Below, piece by piece: positions 30,864-38,923 of a stretch of DNA of 58,260 bases (positions within the stretch are counted from its first letter, which is position 1; every line of letters starts with the position of its first letter). Made by a program: the position numbers and the translations under genes. The notes under the pieces were generated by a model. It was not told where the DNA came from and searched no databases. It was given only the letters and a program-made list of their open reading frames with translations. This DNA is from a virus (taxonomy: Duplodnaviria; Caudoviricetes), in the IMG/VR virus record IMGVR_UViG_3300042344_000667, positions 1 to 58,260 of that record. One strand, 5' to 3'.

Positions 30864-31949
30864 ATGACGCAAAACAAAATCCGCCTGCTTGATCTTTTTA
30901 AATACTATCGGCAGCTCCCACACCAGTCTGCGGCGTTGTCTGAATTAGAAGAAGCAATTAACAAGGCCAACCCGCACATCCTTGGTCGCGAGCAGGGTTG
31001 GTTCAAGACTTGGAGTCAAGGCGGCAAGCAGGGTGATTATGCCCCAGCGCTAAAACTCATTAAAGAATTTGAAGGCTGTCACCTCACCGCTTACCCAGAC
31101 CCTCTCAGTGGCGGTGACCCCTGGACAATCGGTTATGGCACCACTCGCTACCCAGGCGGCAGGCGTGTCAGCCGTGGCGACAAGATCACCGTGATCGAGG
31201 CGGATATGTTTGTCCGCACCGAAATCGATCAAATCGCTAAAAAGCTCGGCGAAACAGTGCCGCACTGGTCGGCGATGACGGATGGGCAACAATCTGCCCT
31301 TATTTCCTTTTCTTACAATCTTGGCAGCGGCTTCTATGGCTCTGCTGGCTTTGAGACGATCAGCAAGCGTCTGCGCGAGCAAGACTGGAATGCAGTGCCA
31401 GCAGCACTTGAGTTGTATCGCAATCCGGGTACGAATGTGGAGGCTGGTCTTCTTCGCCGTCGTCGCGCGGAAGGAGAACTCTGGCGCTCTAGCTTGCCGA
31501 AGCAGCCTGAGGTTCAGCAGGATGCTGCCAAGCTGACACCAAGCAGCCCGTTCAGTGCTCGACTGACGCCGCACATCACGTTACGCGAATTTGCACTTGG
31601 ACAGGAAGCACGCAGGTTTGATCACCAGTACCAGGTCGACACAGCGGCTGAACTGGCGGCATTCCTTGAGCGGGCGCGGACGGCTTTTGGCAACAAGCCG
31701 GTGATTGTTACGAGTGGCTACAGGCCGCCAGCTATCAATAAGTCTGTGGGCGGAGCTTCGGGTTCAGAGCACCTGTTCAATGCACCTGGAGTCGGCGCTG
31801 TTGATTTTTATATTGAAGGAGTTGACATTTATAAGCTTCAGGACTGGTGTGACAAAAACTGGCCCTTCAGTCTTGGGTATGGCGCACCAAAAGGATTTTG
31901 CCATCTTGGAATTCGCGCAGGGCGTCCTAGAGTTCGCTGGGATTACTAG
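30864..31949 (+). CDS. Endolysin: GH24 lysozyme plus peptidase M15-like domain
   Basis: IKEFEGCHLTAYPD...WTIGYG...GLLRRRRAE, then TSGYR...N..VGGA..SEH...AVDF...FCHL. Confidence 0.9.
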   Translation: MTQNKIRLLDLFKYYRQLPHQSAALSELEEAINKANPHILGREQGWFKTWSQGGKQGDYAPALKLIKEFEGCHLTAYPDPLSGGDPWTIGYGTTRYPGGRRVSRGDKITVIEADMFVRTEIDQIAKKLGETVPHWSAMTDGQQSALISFSYNLGSGFYGSAGFETISKRLREQDWNAVPAALELYRNPGTNVEAGLLRRRRAEGELWRSSLPKQPEVQQDAAKLTPSSPFSARLTPHITLREFALGQEARRFDHQYQVDTAAELAAFLERARTAFGNKPVIVTSGYRPPAINKSVGGASGSEHLFNAPGVGAVDFYIEGVDIYKLQDWCDKNWPFSLGYGAPKGFCHLGIRAGRPRVRWDY

Positions 31950-31958
31950 GACCATTTC

Positions 31959-32474
31959 GTGATTCTTGCCGACCATCAGATCCGTGAGCTTTGCCAGAAA
32001 GAGGCAATGGTCACGCCCTATGACGAATCGCTGCTGAATCCGGCAAGTCTTGATGTAAGACTTGGGCGACTCATTCTTGTTGAGGTTGAGCACACCGAAA
32101 AACTGCAGCCAACTGACATCAGTCATCACACAGAGGCTGACCCATACTGGCTTGCGCCCGGTGAATTTGTTCTTGCAGAAACTCAGGAAACATTCAACCT
32201 TCCTGAAGATGTTGCGGCTCAATTTATTTTGAAAAGCAGCCGTGGCCGCGAAGGTTACTCTCACGCGCTTTGCGGCTACTGCGACCCAGGATGGCATGGC
32301 AGCAAGCTGACGCTTGAACTCCACTCCCTCAGGAGGTTTCACTCATTGCCGCTATATCCAGGCATGAAAATTGGGCAGATTGTTTTCTCTTTGATGTCAG
32401 ATCAACCTGAGCGCTCTTATGCGGTCACTGGTCGCTACAACGAAGATCGATGCGTGACCGCCAGCAAGGGCTAG
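31959..32474 (+). CDS. dcd: dCTP deaminase
   Basis: NPASLDVRLG, PGEFVLAET, KSSRGREG, DPGWHG..TLEL, PGMKIGQ. Confidence 0.9.
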   Translation: MILADHQIRELCQKEAMVTPYDESLLNPASLDVRLGRLILVEVEHTEKLQPTDISHHTEADPYWLAPGEFVLAETQETFNLPEDVAAQFILKSSRGREGYSHALCGYCDPGWHGSKLTLELHSLRRFHSLPLYPGMKIGQIVFSLMSDQPERSYAVTGRYNEDRCVTASKG

Positions 32475-32505
32475 CTACCCTGTAACCGAGCCCCGACTCG
32501 CCCTT

Positions 32506-32871
32506 ATGGAGCACCAGATCGATGGCGTCGAACTGGTTAGCAAAAAAGTTACAAGACAGCGATTCAGGGCATCAATCTTTGACGCATGGCATGACTGCTG
32601 TGCATATTGTGGTCGTCACGCCACCACAATTGATCACGTAAAGCCAAAAGCGAGAGGCGGGCTCACGGTTCCCGAGAACTGCGTGCCCGCCTGTCTTTCT
32701 TGTAATGCTTCAAAAGGTCACACTTCGTTGTGGACGTGGTGGACGATGCAACATCACTGGAACTGGCATCGCGCACAACAGGTTTACGAATGGATCACTG
32801 GGGCCTGTTACCCTTCAAATGTTCAATATAGATTTGCACCTGCCATAGATCATTGGCATACCGGCAGATAG
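32506..32871 (+). CDS. HNH endonuclease
   Basis: CAYCG...TIDHVKPKARGG...NCVPACLSCNASKG. Confidence 0.85.
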   Translation: MEHQIDGVELVSKKVTRQRFRASIFDAWHDCCAYCGRHATTIDHVKPKARGGLTVPENCVPACLSCNASKGHTSLWTWWTMQHHWNWHRAQQVYEWITGACYPSNVQYRFAPAIDHWHTGR

Positions 32872-32998
32872 CACCACCGGGGCTGCAGGCGGCATAACGC
32901 ACCTCGCCAATGCCCGGCTCTTCGCCAATCTCAATAAAATAACCATCGCCGCAGTCAATTGCCCCTGTAGGCACTGCAGTCTCTTGCGAATCGGCCAC
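32795..32998 (-). CDS. Hypothetical protein
   Basis: Last ORF of the minus-strand cluster. Confidence 0.4.
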   Translation of the reverse strand: MADSQETAVPTGAIDCGDGYFIEIGEEPGIGEVRYAACSPGGAICRYANDLWQVQIYIEHLKGNRPQ

Positions 32999-33260
32999 CG
33001 GATGCTCTCCCTTCTGGAAAACCTAAATTACATCTTGCCGCAACTGCCTTCCAGTGGATGCATTGCTGGCAATATGGATGACTGTCGTCGATCGCGCGAG
33101 CATCAGCATAAAGCTGCTCTGCCTCTGGTACCGCTAGTTCCAGGTTGATGGCTCCAAGCGGCAGATCGAGCTTGCCTTTCTTGGTTTTAATGCGCACCCG
33201 CCAGCCGGGTGGCGCCTCGTAAAGCACCATCCGACCGGCGTGGTAACGCAAACTTGCCAT
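32955..33260 (-). CDS. Cys-rich hypothetical protein
   Basis: C-terminal CQQCIHW...RCNLGFPEG...ARDCS. Confidence 0.55.
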   Translation of the reverse strand: MASLRYHAGRMVLYEAPPGWRVRIKTKKGKLDLPLGAINLELAVPEAEQLYADARAIDDSHPYCQQCIHWKAVAARCNLGFPEGRASGGRFARDCSAYRGN

Positions 33261-33262
33261 TT

Positions 33263-33799
33263 TTACACGGGTATTTCCCGGAGTTTACAGATCAAGTCAT
33301 CAATTGTCCCATCATTCACGATATGACGACTGAAACCGTCAAAATCGTCAAGACTGCCTTCGCTGACGTGACCGTGTTCATGCGGCACACCAGGTCGCTC
33401 GATGCGCCACATTTCACCACCCAGCAGCTTGATCATTGCTGCTTCATTCGGGAAGCGCACGTCGTCCGCAACCACGGCCGAGTACTGCTGAGCGCGCCCT
33501 TTCCAGCAGCGCACCCAGATATCAGGATGAATACAGGCTCGTCCCCACTCTGTGCCCAAAGTTTGCAACATGTGCCGCACGCTCACGCCAGCGTCACCGA
33601 CGACAACCTGCTTAGCCTGATGAACCAGGTAATTCGCGCCATGCCTGTCATAGCCAAGTGATTCCAGCATCGGAATCAGCATCAGCTTGAGCGTTTCAGC
33701 AAACGGCACAATGACGTAACCGCGCTGCTCCAGCTCGCTAGCAACAGTTGATTTGCCCGACTGCGGTGCCGGACTATAAAGACCAATAATTTTTTGCAT
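33263..33799 (-). CDS. Deoxynucleoside monophosphate kinase
   Basis: IIGL...SGKST P-loop, RHMLQTLGTEWGR, DDVRFPNE, HVSE. Confidence 0.88.
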   Translation of the reverse strand: MQKIIGLYSPAPQSGKSTVASELEQRGYVIVPFAETLKLMLIPMLESLGYDRHGANYLVHQAKQVVVGDAGVSVRHMLQTLGTEWGRACIHPDIWVRCWKGRAQQYSAVVADDVRFPNEAAMIKLLGGEMWRIERPGVPHEHGHVSEGSLDDFDGFSRHIVNDGTIDDLICKLREIPV

Positions 33800-34471
33800 T
33801 AAAGAGTACCAGTTGAAATGTGACCGGCGCGCATGATTTCGGCAGTGTCATTTTTGAACTGCTCCCACAGGCCGGTATACGTGCCACGCAAGCCAATCTC
33901 GGCATTGTCGCGGTCGTAAAGCTCATAAAGATAATTAAGGAAATCAGACTTGCCGGTCTCGATTTGCCATGGCTTCAGCTCTTCGCAAAGCATCTCGGCA
34001 GTCAAGGGACGGATAATCCCAGTAAACAATTCTTCCATTGAAAAACCAAGGTTTGAAATAGGTTTCGACACCCCAGGTCACAGGGTGAACGCCAAAGGAC
34101 CCCACCCCTGCACTTGGCAGGTACATGTAGGTCTAACGCTGGGCGTCAGGTGCATGGTAAAGCCGCTCGAACTGCATCGAAGGCGGCTCTTCAAAGTCTT
34201 CATCTTCCTGCTGAAGATCAGCGACGCAAAGATCAGACTCATCGCGAACGATCCAGCTCACAAGCGAACTGTGCTCTTTAACCATGATCATGCCAATGCG
34301 AGGTGAGCGGCTGATCCAACGGATAAGGGCCGCTTCAAGGGGATTCAAGAAGGGATGGCTTCGCATAATTCGTTTTGAAGTAGTAGTAGGGAGCAGTCCC
34401 GTGCGTATTCTGATCCGCCTTCTGGCAGACCGAGGCCGCAGCGACCGATCCAGTGCAAGCATGCCGCACAT
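33799..34471 (-). other. Cluster of small hypothetical ORFs (33799-34071, 33944-34126, 34133-~34365)
   Basis: Overlapping minus-strand ORFs between the kinase and the Cys-rich gene; exact starts uncertain. Confidence 0.4.
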
Positions 34472-34632
34472 GGACCGCCATTATGCGCGGGCTTATATTT
34501 CTGTAACCGATTCTTCAGTTTCGCTTCGGCTTTGCCAGCAGCAGTTTCCTTGTAACAAGCTGGGCACTGCAGCAAGCTGGTTGTCATACGGCTGCAGGTT
34601 ATGCAGGGTCGAGCATTCTTAGAGACTGCCAT
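34345..34632 (-). CDS. Cys-rich hypothetical protein (paralog of 32955-33260)
   Basis: CITC...CPAC plus CAACLHW..RCGLGLPEG...ARDCS. Confidence 0.55.
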   Translation of the reverse strand: MAVSKNARPCITCSRMTTSLLQCPACYKETAAGKAEAKLKNRLQKYKPAHNGGPCAACLHWIGRCGLGLPEGGSEYARDCSLLLLQNELCEAIPS

Positions 34633-34843
34633 CAGGAAAAGCGACGCGACGGTATGAGGGCAGGCGAATAATTCTGGGTTCGCCTCTTTTGTGCTGTGCA
34701 GCGCCTTGCGGCAGCTCAACCTCAACGGTGAATGTCTTGTAGCCGCATTTCAAGCATTTGCGATGTCTTGTAATAGATTCCGCAGTGTCTCTAGCAGTAT
34801 GCGTAACGCGCATTTCGTAGTGATCGCAGCTAGGGCATCTCAC
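34619..34843 (-). CDS. NrdR-like N-terminal zinc-ribbon protein
   Basis: RCPSC...RVTHT...ITRHRKCLKCGYKTFTVE; no ATP cone. Confidence 0.65.
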   Translation of the reverse strand: MRCPSCDHYEMRVTHTARDTAESITRHRKCLKCGYKTFTVEVELPQGAAQHKRGEPRIIRLPSYRRVAFPDGSL

Positions 34844-35465
34844 CGAATGCTGCCTCCGCGATAGTCGGGAACTGTTCGGTGAAAATGTCGCGGCAGGCAA
34901 TGGCGATCTCTTGGTGCTCTAGCTGGGTGCCGTGAGCAGAGCGCAGTTGGATGTAATGCAACCACGAACGCAAAGAGCCGCACATATAAAGGGTGGTCGG
35001 CGTGCATAGCGGCAGAATCCTGCGTGCGGTCTCCTTGGCGATGCCTTCCTCGAGCATCTGCTCATACAGGGTGAATGAACGCGCAATTACGTCGCTTGTG
35101 CGCTCTGCCCAGTAGTTCTGCATATACGGTTCCAGCTCATCGATGCTGTTCTGCCGATTTTTGTGGTCCTGCAATCGTTGGTGCGGTGCGTCGGCGATGT
35201 CGGTCTTGGCGTAGCGGGTGCTGAACTCTTGAAAGGCAAACGAAGAATGCCGCAAAATCTGCGCCGCAATGTCCCGCTCAGTCTCAATTTGAACGCACAT
35301 TGTCGCCATCTGAAACGGACTCCAGTGGGAATGCTTGATCAGGTAACGCAGCAGTCGAGGTGCTGTTTCATCGTTTTCCTGGTTGGCTGGATTGGACACT
35401 CGCGCCATCCGCACAATCAACTTTTCCGCATCCGGCGTGCAATGCACCAAGCTGACGCGACTCAT
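34830..35465 (-). CDS. thyX: FAD-dependent thymidylate synthase
   Basis: HWSPF, QILRHSSFAFQEFSTRY ThyX motif, KETARRILP, LRSWLHYIQLR. Confidence 0.95.
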   Translation of the reverse strand: MSRVSLVHCTPDAEKLIVRMARVSNPANQENDETAPRLLRYLIKHSHWSPFQMATMCVQIETERDIAAQILRHSSFAFQEFSTRYAKTDIADAPHQRLQDHKNRQNSIDELEPYMQNYWAERTSDVIARSFTLYEQMLEEGIAKETARRILPLCTPTTLYMCGSLRSWLHYIQLRSAHGTQLEHQEIAIACRDIFTEQFPTIAEAAFGEMP

Positions 35466-35674
35466 TTCACCACCTCCACCTGAGCCATCGGCCAGCGTGC
35501 AGCGGCATATTGCCTTGCCTTCGTCGCTGATTCTGCTGGAATGCTGAATTTCATGGGCCTTGCTCCTGGTTGCTTTACGATTAAATTAAACATTTTTGTT
35601 CTGACACCTGCTGGCGCTCTGCTGATCCCTTCCCCGTGCTGTGTTTTGCCAGCGTCTTCCTCGACCCAGTGCAT
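35462..35674 (-). CDS. Hypothetical protein
   Basis: Coupled to thyX; AES..KA..YA.ARWP motif. Confidence 0.5.
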   Translation of the reverse strand: MHWVEEDAGKTQHGEGISRAPAGVRTKMFNLIVKQPGARPMKFSIPAESATKARQYAAARWPMAQVEVVK

Positions 35675-35682
35675 GATGAAAA

Positions 35683-35886
35683 ATGGAATGGATTAAAAAC
35701 AACATTTCGCCCGAGCAGGAGCTGCAGCATGAACTCGCTGCTCGTTCGATGACGGAGCGTGAGGCTAGCCTCTACCGCTCCTGCGTGATGTACCAAAACA
35801 TGCTTCAGCAAGCAGTTTGGGAAATTATGCGCCTTGAGCTGGCACTTGAAGATCTGCAAGCGCAAGATCCCTCGCTTCTGCCTTGA
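35683..35886 (+). CDS. Hypothetical protein, opposite strand to its neighbours
   Basis: Helical 67-aa ORF; 3' end overlaps 35825-36247. Confidence 0.5.
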   Translation: MEWIKNNISPEQELQHELAARSMTEREASLYRSCVMYQNMLQQAVWEIMRLELALEDLQAQDPSLLP

Positions 35887-36247
35887 TCTCGTCAAAAACA
35901 GTTTGACCAAGCTCCTCAAGCAAAAGCTCGTCCAATCTTTGCTGATAGATCGTCACGAAGCTGGTCGGCTGCTGGGGCGTCGTCGAACTTTCCATCGCTT
36001 GCTTTACCTGCGTAGCAAACGCAACGCAGATGCGACGTTTTTTCTTGACGCGATGAATCCAATCTTTATCGGCAGGAATGCCTGATGCTTGCGCTGTAAT
36101 TTGCGCTTCATTAACCTTGTCGTCCATTGCTTGGACGGCGATCACAAGTTCAGCGTGCAGCTTGCGGGCATCAGTAGCCGTCAGCTCGTGAATTTGATGC
36201 AGCGAAACTTGACGCTCTAGAGATTTGCTGTTGAAGGTAAATTCCAT
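35825..36247 (-). CDS. Hypothetical coiled-coil protein
   Basis: DKDWIHRVKKKRRI motif. Confidence 0.55.
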   Translation of the reverse strand: MEFTFNSKSLERQVSLHQIHELTATDARKLHAELVIAVQAMDDKVNEAQITAQASGIPADKDWIHRVKKKRRICVAFATQVKQAMESSTTPQQPTSFVTIYQQRLDELLLEELGQTVFDEIKAEARDLALADLQVPAQGA

Positions 36248-36261
36248 AATTTCGCGAAGTA

Positions 36262-36283
36262 AGGGGCGACCGAAGCCGCCCCA
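36262..36283 (-). terminator. Hairpin/terminator after the SSB-like gene
   Basis: Minus strand GGGGCGGC-TTCG-GTCGCCCC-TT. Confidence 0.5.
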
Positions 36284-36289
36284 GGTTGA

Positions 36290-36700
36290 TCAGAAGGGCA
36301 GTTCGTCTTCGAAGGTTGAGACCACGCCGTTAAACGCAGTTGCAATCTGCTGAGCAGCTTGTTGCACCACTGGTGGCGGAGCTGCCACTACGGGTGCGGG
36401 TGCGGGCGCCGGAGCGACTTGCTGTACACGTGAATCAGGCTTGAAGCTCAAGCTCAGATACGGCTTTCCGGAATTCGACTGCTTTTTCCAGCCTGAGATC
36501 CGCACCGGGATTTCCTGCCGTTCACCAATCGGCTGCCCGTTCATCAAGTACTGAGCAAGCGCATACGCCTGATCAGCCGGGATATTCATGATCCCGTCAT
36601 ACTGCGGATAATTCTTGGATGCATCGTAACGATCACCAAGACGCTGTTGAAGTTGCTCTGCGGTCTGTTGAAACAGCGCGCCACTAGCGGTAAAAGTCAA
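36290..36700 (-). CDS. Single-stranded DNA-binding protein (DUF736-like)
   Basis: SGALF, P.YDG, ISGWKKQSNSGKPYLSLS, acidic tail EDELPF. Confidence 0.75.
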   Translation of the reverse strand: MTFTASGALFQQTAEQLQQRLGDRYDASKNYPQYDGIMNIPADQAYALAQYLMNGQPIGERQEIPVRISGWKKQSNSGKPYLSLSFKPDSRVQQVAPAPAPAPVVAAPPPVVQQAAQQIATAFNGVVSTFEDELPF

Positions 36701-37029
36701 GAGACTGTCTCCTGGATTTTGGGCTTCCGACCACGCTTTGGACGCAATGCATCCTCAGGGGTTTTGGCAATGCACATCACGTAACAGCCGTCGCCATCCG
36801 TGTTCTTGCGCATTGAATATCGCAGCTCACCGTCTTTCGACATCTGGCTGACGACCTGGGCGACCGTGGTCGGCTTGAACCCATCGCCCGTTTCCGAATT
36901 ATAGAACGAAACGGAGATCGCGTCACCTGCCTGCATGGCGAGAATTTCGTCCCGCAGCGGGGTGGTCTTACTGCGACGCGCAATGCGACTGCGCGCCTCT
37001 TCGATCGATACCTTTTCGAACTCCGACAT
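36697..37029 (-). CDS. Putative DNA-binding protein
   Basis: AMQAGDAISV pattern, AT-hook-like KRGRKPK. Confidence 0.5.
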   Translation of the reverse strand: MSEFEKVSIEEARSRIARRSKTTPLRDEILAMQAGDAISVSFYNSETGDGFKPTTVAQVVSQMSKDGELRYSMRKNTDGDGCYVMCIAKTPEDALRPKRGRKPKIQETVS

Positions 37030-37060
37030 AACGCAAAATAAAACGAACTCGATAAACAGA

Positions 37061-37609
37061 CTACACTCTAGCTTCGATTGCAGCAACCAATTGCGCTGCC
37101 TCCTCGGCTGTCAGTTCGCCCTGTGCGGTGAGCTGATCAACCCTGGCACGCATCGCTGGCATTTGATCTGGCGTCGCTTGATGGATTGCATTCCACGCCG
37201 TCACGTAATACCCAGTTGGCTGCAGCGTTTGCACAAGCTTGCGGCGTTTCGGTGGCTGCCACTCACACACCACCTGCTCACGAATATCGGGACTGCCGAA
37301 CACACGAATGCACGGTTCATTACGCCTTTTCGGAAACGGCATGATGTCCGTCGTTGCATACAACGTCAAACGCTTGCCAATCCATGCTTGAACATCGCTG
37401 CCAAACATCGCACGGACAGCAACGGCATTCACCTTGGGAAGAACTAGCTGTAATGCGGTTTCTTCGAATCCCATCACAACCTTGTCCTCGAGGCCGCGTT
37501 CACCCTCGATCTGCTCCTTTGCGACAGATTTAATCGTGTAATTTGCTTTTCCGTTTGGGATCAGGCCAGCTTTCAAGAAGCGGCCTGGATACAGCTCATC
37601 AAAATTCAC
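37061..37609 (-). CDS. Hypothetical recombination-associated protein
   Basis: RFLKA...TIKSV...LVL.KVN...FG.D...WIGKRLTLY; sits between the exonuclease and SSB. Confidence 0.5.
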   Translation of the reverse strand: MNFDELYPGRFLKAGLIPNGKANYTIKSVAKEQIEGERGLEDKVVMGFEETALQLVLPKVNAVAVRAMFGSDVQAWIGKRLTLYATTDIMPFPKRRNEPCIRVFGSPDIREQVVCEWQPPKRRKLVQTLQPTGYYVTAWNAIHQATPDQMPAMRARVDQLTAQGELTAEEAAQLVAAIEARV

Positions 37610-38442
37610 TCGAGGCCCTCCAGTTCAAGGTCATCAGCATCGGTTGCATTCGCAGGATCATCCGCATGCGCCCAGCGCGGTACATCCATCTCAACAGTGC
37701 CCCATGACGGCCACTGATCAGCTTCCATGCAGCGCTTGACTGCAACGATCGCTTCCTCGCGGCGGCGATGGCCCTCCTCAATCAGATCGGGGCTGAGTAC
37801 GTTGACGCTGATGTTATGCGGCCACTGCCACTCATACGCAACAAGGATGTGAGTGTGCGGGGGCTCGCCGTAACGATCAGCCCAGCCTGCGCTGTAATGC
37901 GCCATCTGCAAGTCATACGCCAGCGAATACGACTGCGCCGCAAACATCCGAGGACTCGCGGACCGTGCCTTTTTGAGGTCCACAAGGATGCCGCGATCAG
38001 GATGCTCTACATCAGGCTTGTACCGGCAGTCGACCTCCATCAGGCTGTCATGCCAGAAGTGAGGCTCCTGCCCTTGACCATCCCTGAGCAGTGAAGCTGC
38101 ATCTGGATCACGCATCAGCGCCTCCACAACGCGCAGTGCATTGTCCTGCCAGTCGCGGGTGATCACATCACGACCGGCGGCTTCGGCCTGGAACTCAGAC
38201 CAGATCGCTTTTCCCTCCTTGGTGCGGCGATCACACTGAGGTGCAACCAGATACCTTGTCGAGTACTCGGCCGGCTCCGTAATCAGGCAATCGACCAAAC
38301 TGCCCTGACGCATTGCATCTGTGGGTAGGAATGGCTTGCGATCTGGATCGACGTGCTTTGCCCAGTAGTCACGCGGTGTGCCACTGATAATTGTCTTGAG
38401 CTTCGACGCTGACAGCGCTGGATGTGAGTGGTAATCAGACAC
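37606..38442 (-). CDS. PD-(D/E)XK exonuclease (RecE/ExoVIII-like)
   Basis: YHSHPALSASKL, RYKPD...LVDLKK, YDLQMAHY; start is GTG. Confidence 0.85.
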   Translation of the reverse strand: MSDYHSHPALSASKLKTIISGTPRDYWAKHVDPDRKPFLPTDAMRQGSLVDCLITEPAEYSTRYLVAPQCDRRTKEGKAIWSEFQAEAAGRDVITRDWQDNALRVVEALMRDPDAASLLRDGQGQEPHFWHDSLMEVDCRYKPDVEHPDRGILVDLKKARSASPRMFAAQSYSLAYDLQMAHYSAGWADRYGEPPHTHILVAYEWQWPHNISVNVLSPDLIEEGHRRREEAIVAVKRCMEADQWPSWGTVEMDVPRWAHADDPANATDADDLELEGLE

Positions 38443-38635
38443 GATGAGATAAGTCGCGAGCGAGCTTTAGGTTTTCAAGTGAGTGGCGAAGCGCGAGAAA
38501 TGACTCCGCCATGCCGTCTTGCCAATAAATCTTGCCGAGCACCTGATCAAGCTGGTCTCGGATTGGGACCAATGCGTCCCGAAATTCCTCTGGAGTCATA
38601 AGTGGATAAAGGTACCTATAAAGGCTACCATAGCC

Positions 38636-38923
38636 CTACACGAATTGTCCAGCCCCATGCCTGAAGCCTTTGATCGAGAGCTGATCTTCTTCATGCACCG
38701 TGGTGGCATGAAAGCTGCCGCCATCGCGCGCGCACTCGAAATCCCGTACAGCCGGGTCTTGCGGACCCTTCGGCCCCCAATGTCGAATGACACCCGCAAT
38801 GATGAAACAATTCGTGATCAAGTAACTGGCAAGGATCACGAGCCGGATCAAGGCAACCCGATCTGACTCGCGATCACATGCGCTGGCCCGCTCACCCAGC
38901 GCTTTTGCGAGCAGTCTCCACAC
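38636..38923 (-). CDS. Small membrane protein of a type I associate with cyanophages
   Basis: MWRLLAKALGERA...DRVALIR...YLITNCFIIAGVIRHW. Confidence 0.6.
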   Translation of the reverse strand: MWRLLAKALGERASACDRESDRVALIRLVILASYLITNCFIIAGVIRHWGPKGPQDPAVRDFECARDGGSFHATTVHEEDQLSIKGFRHGAGQFV

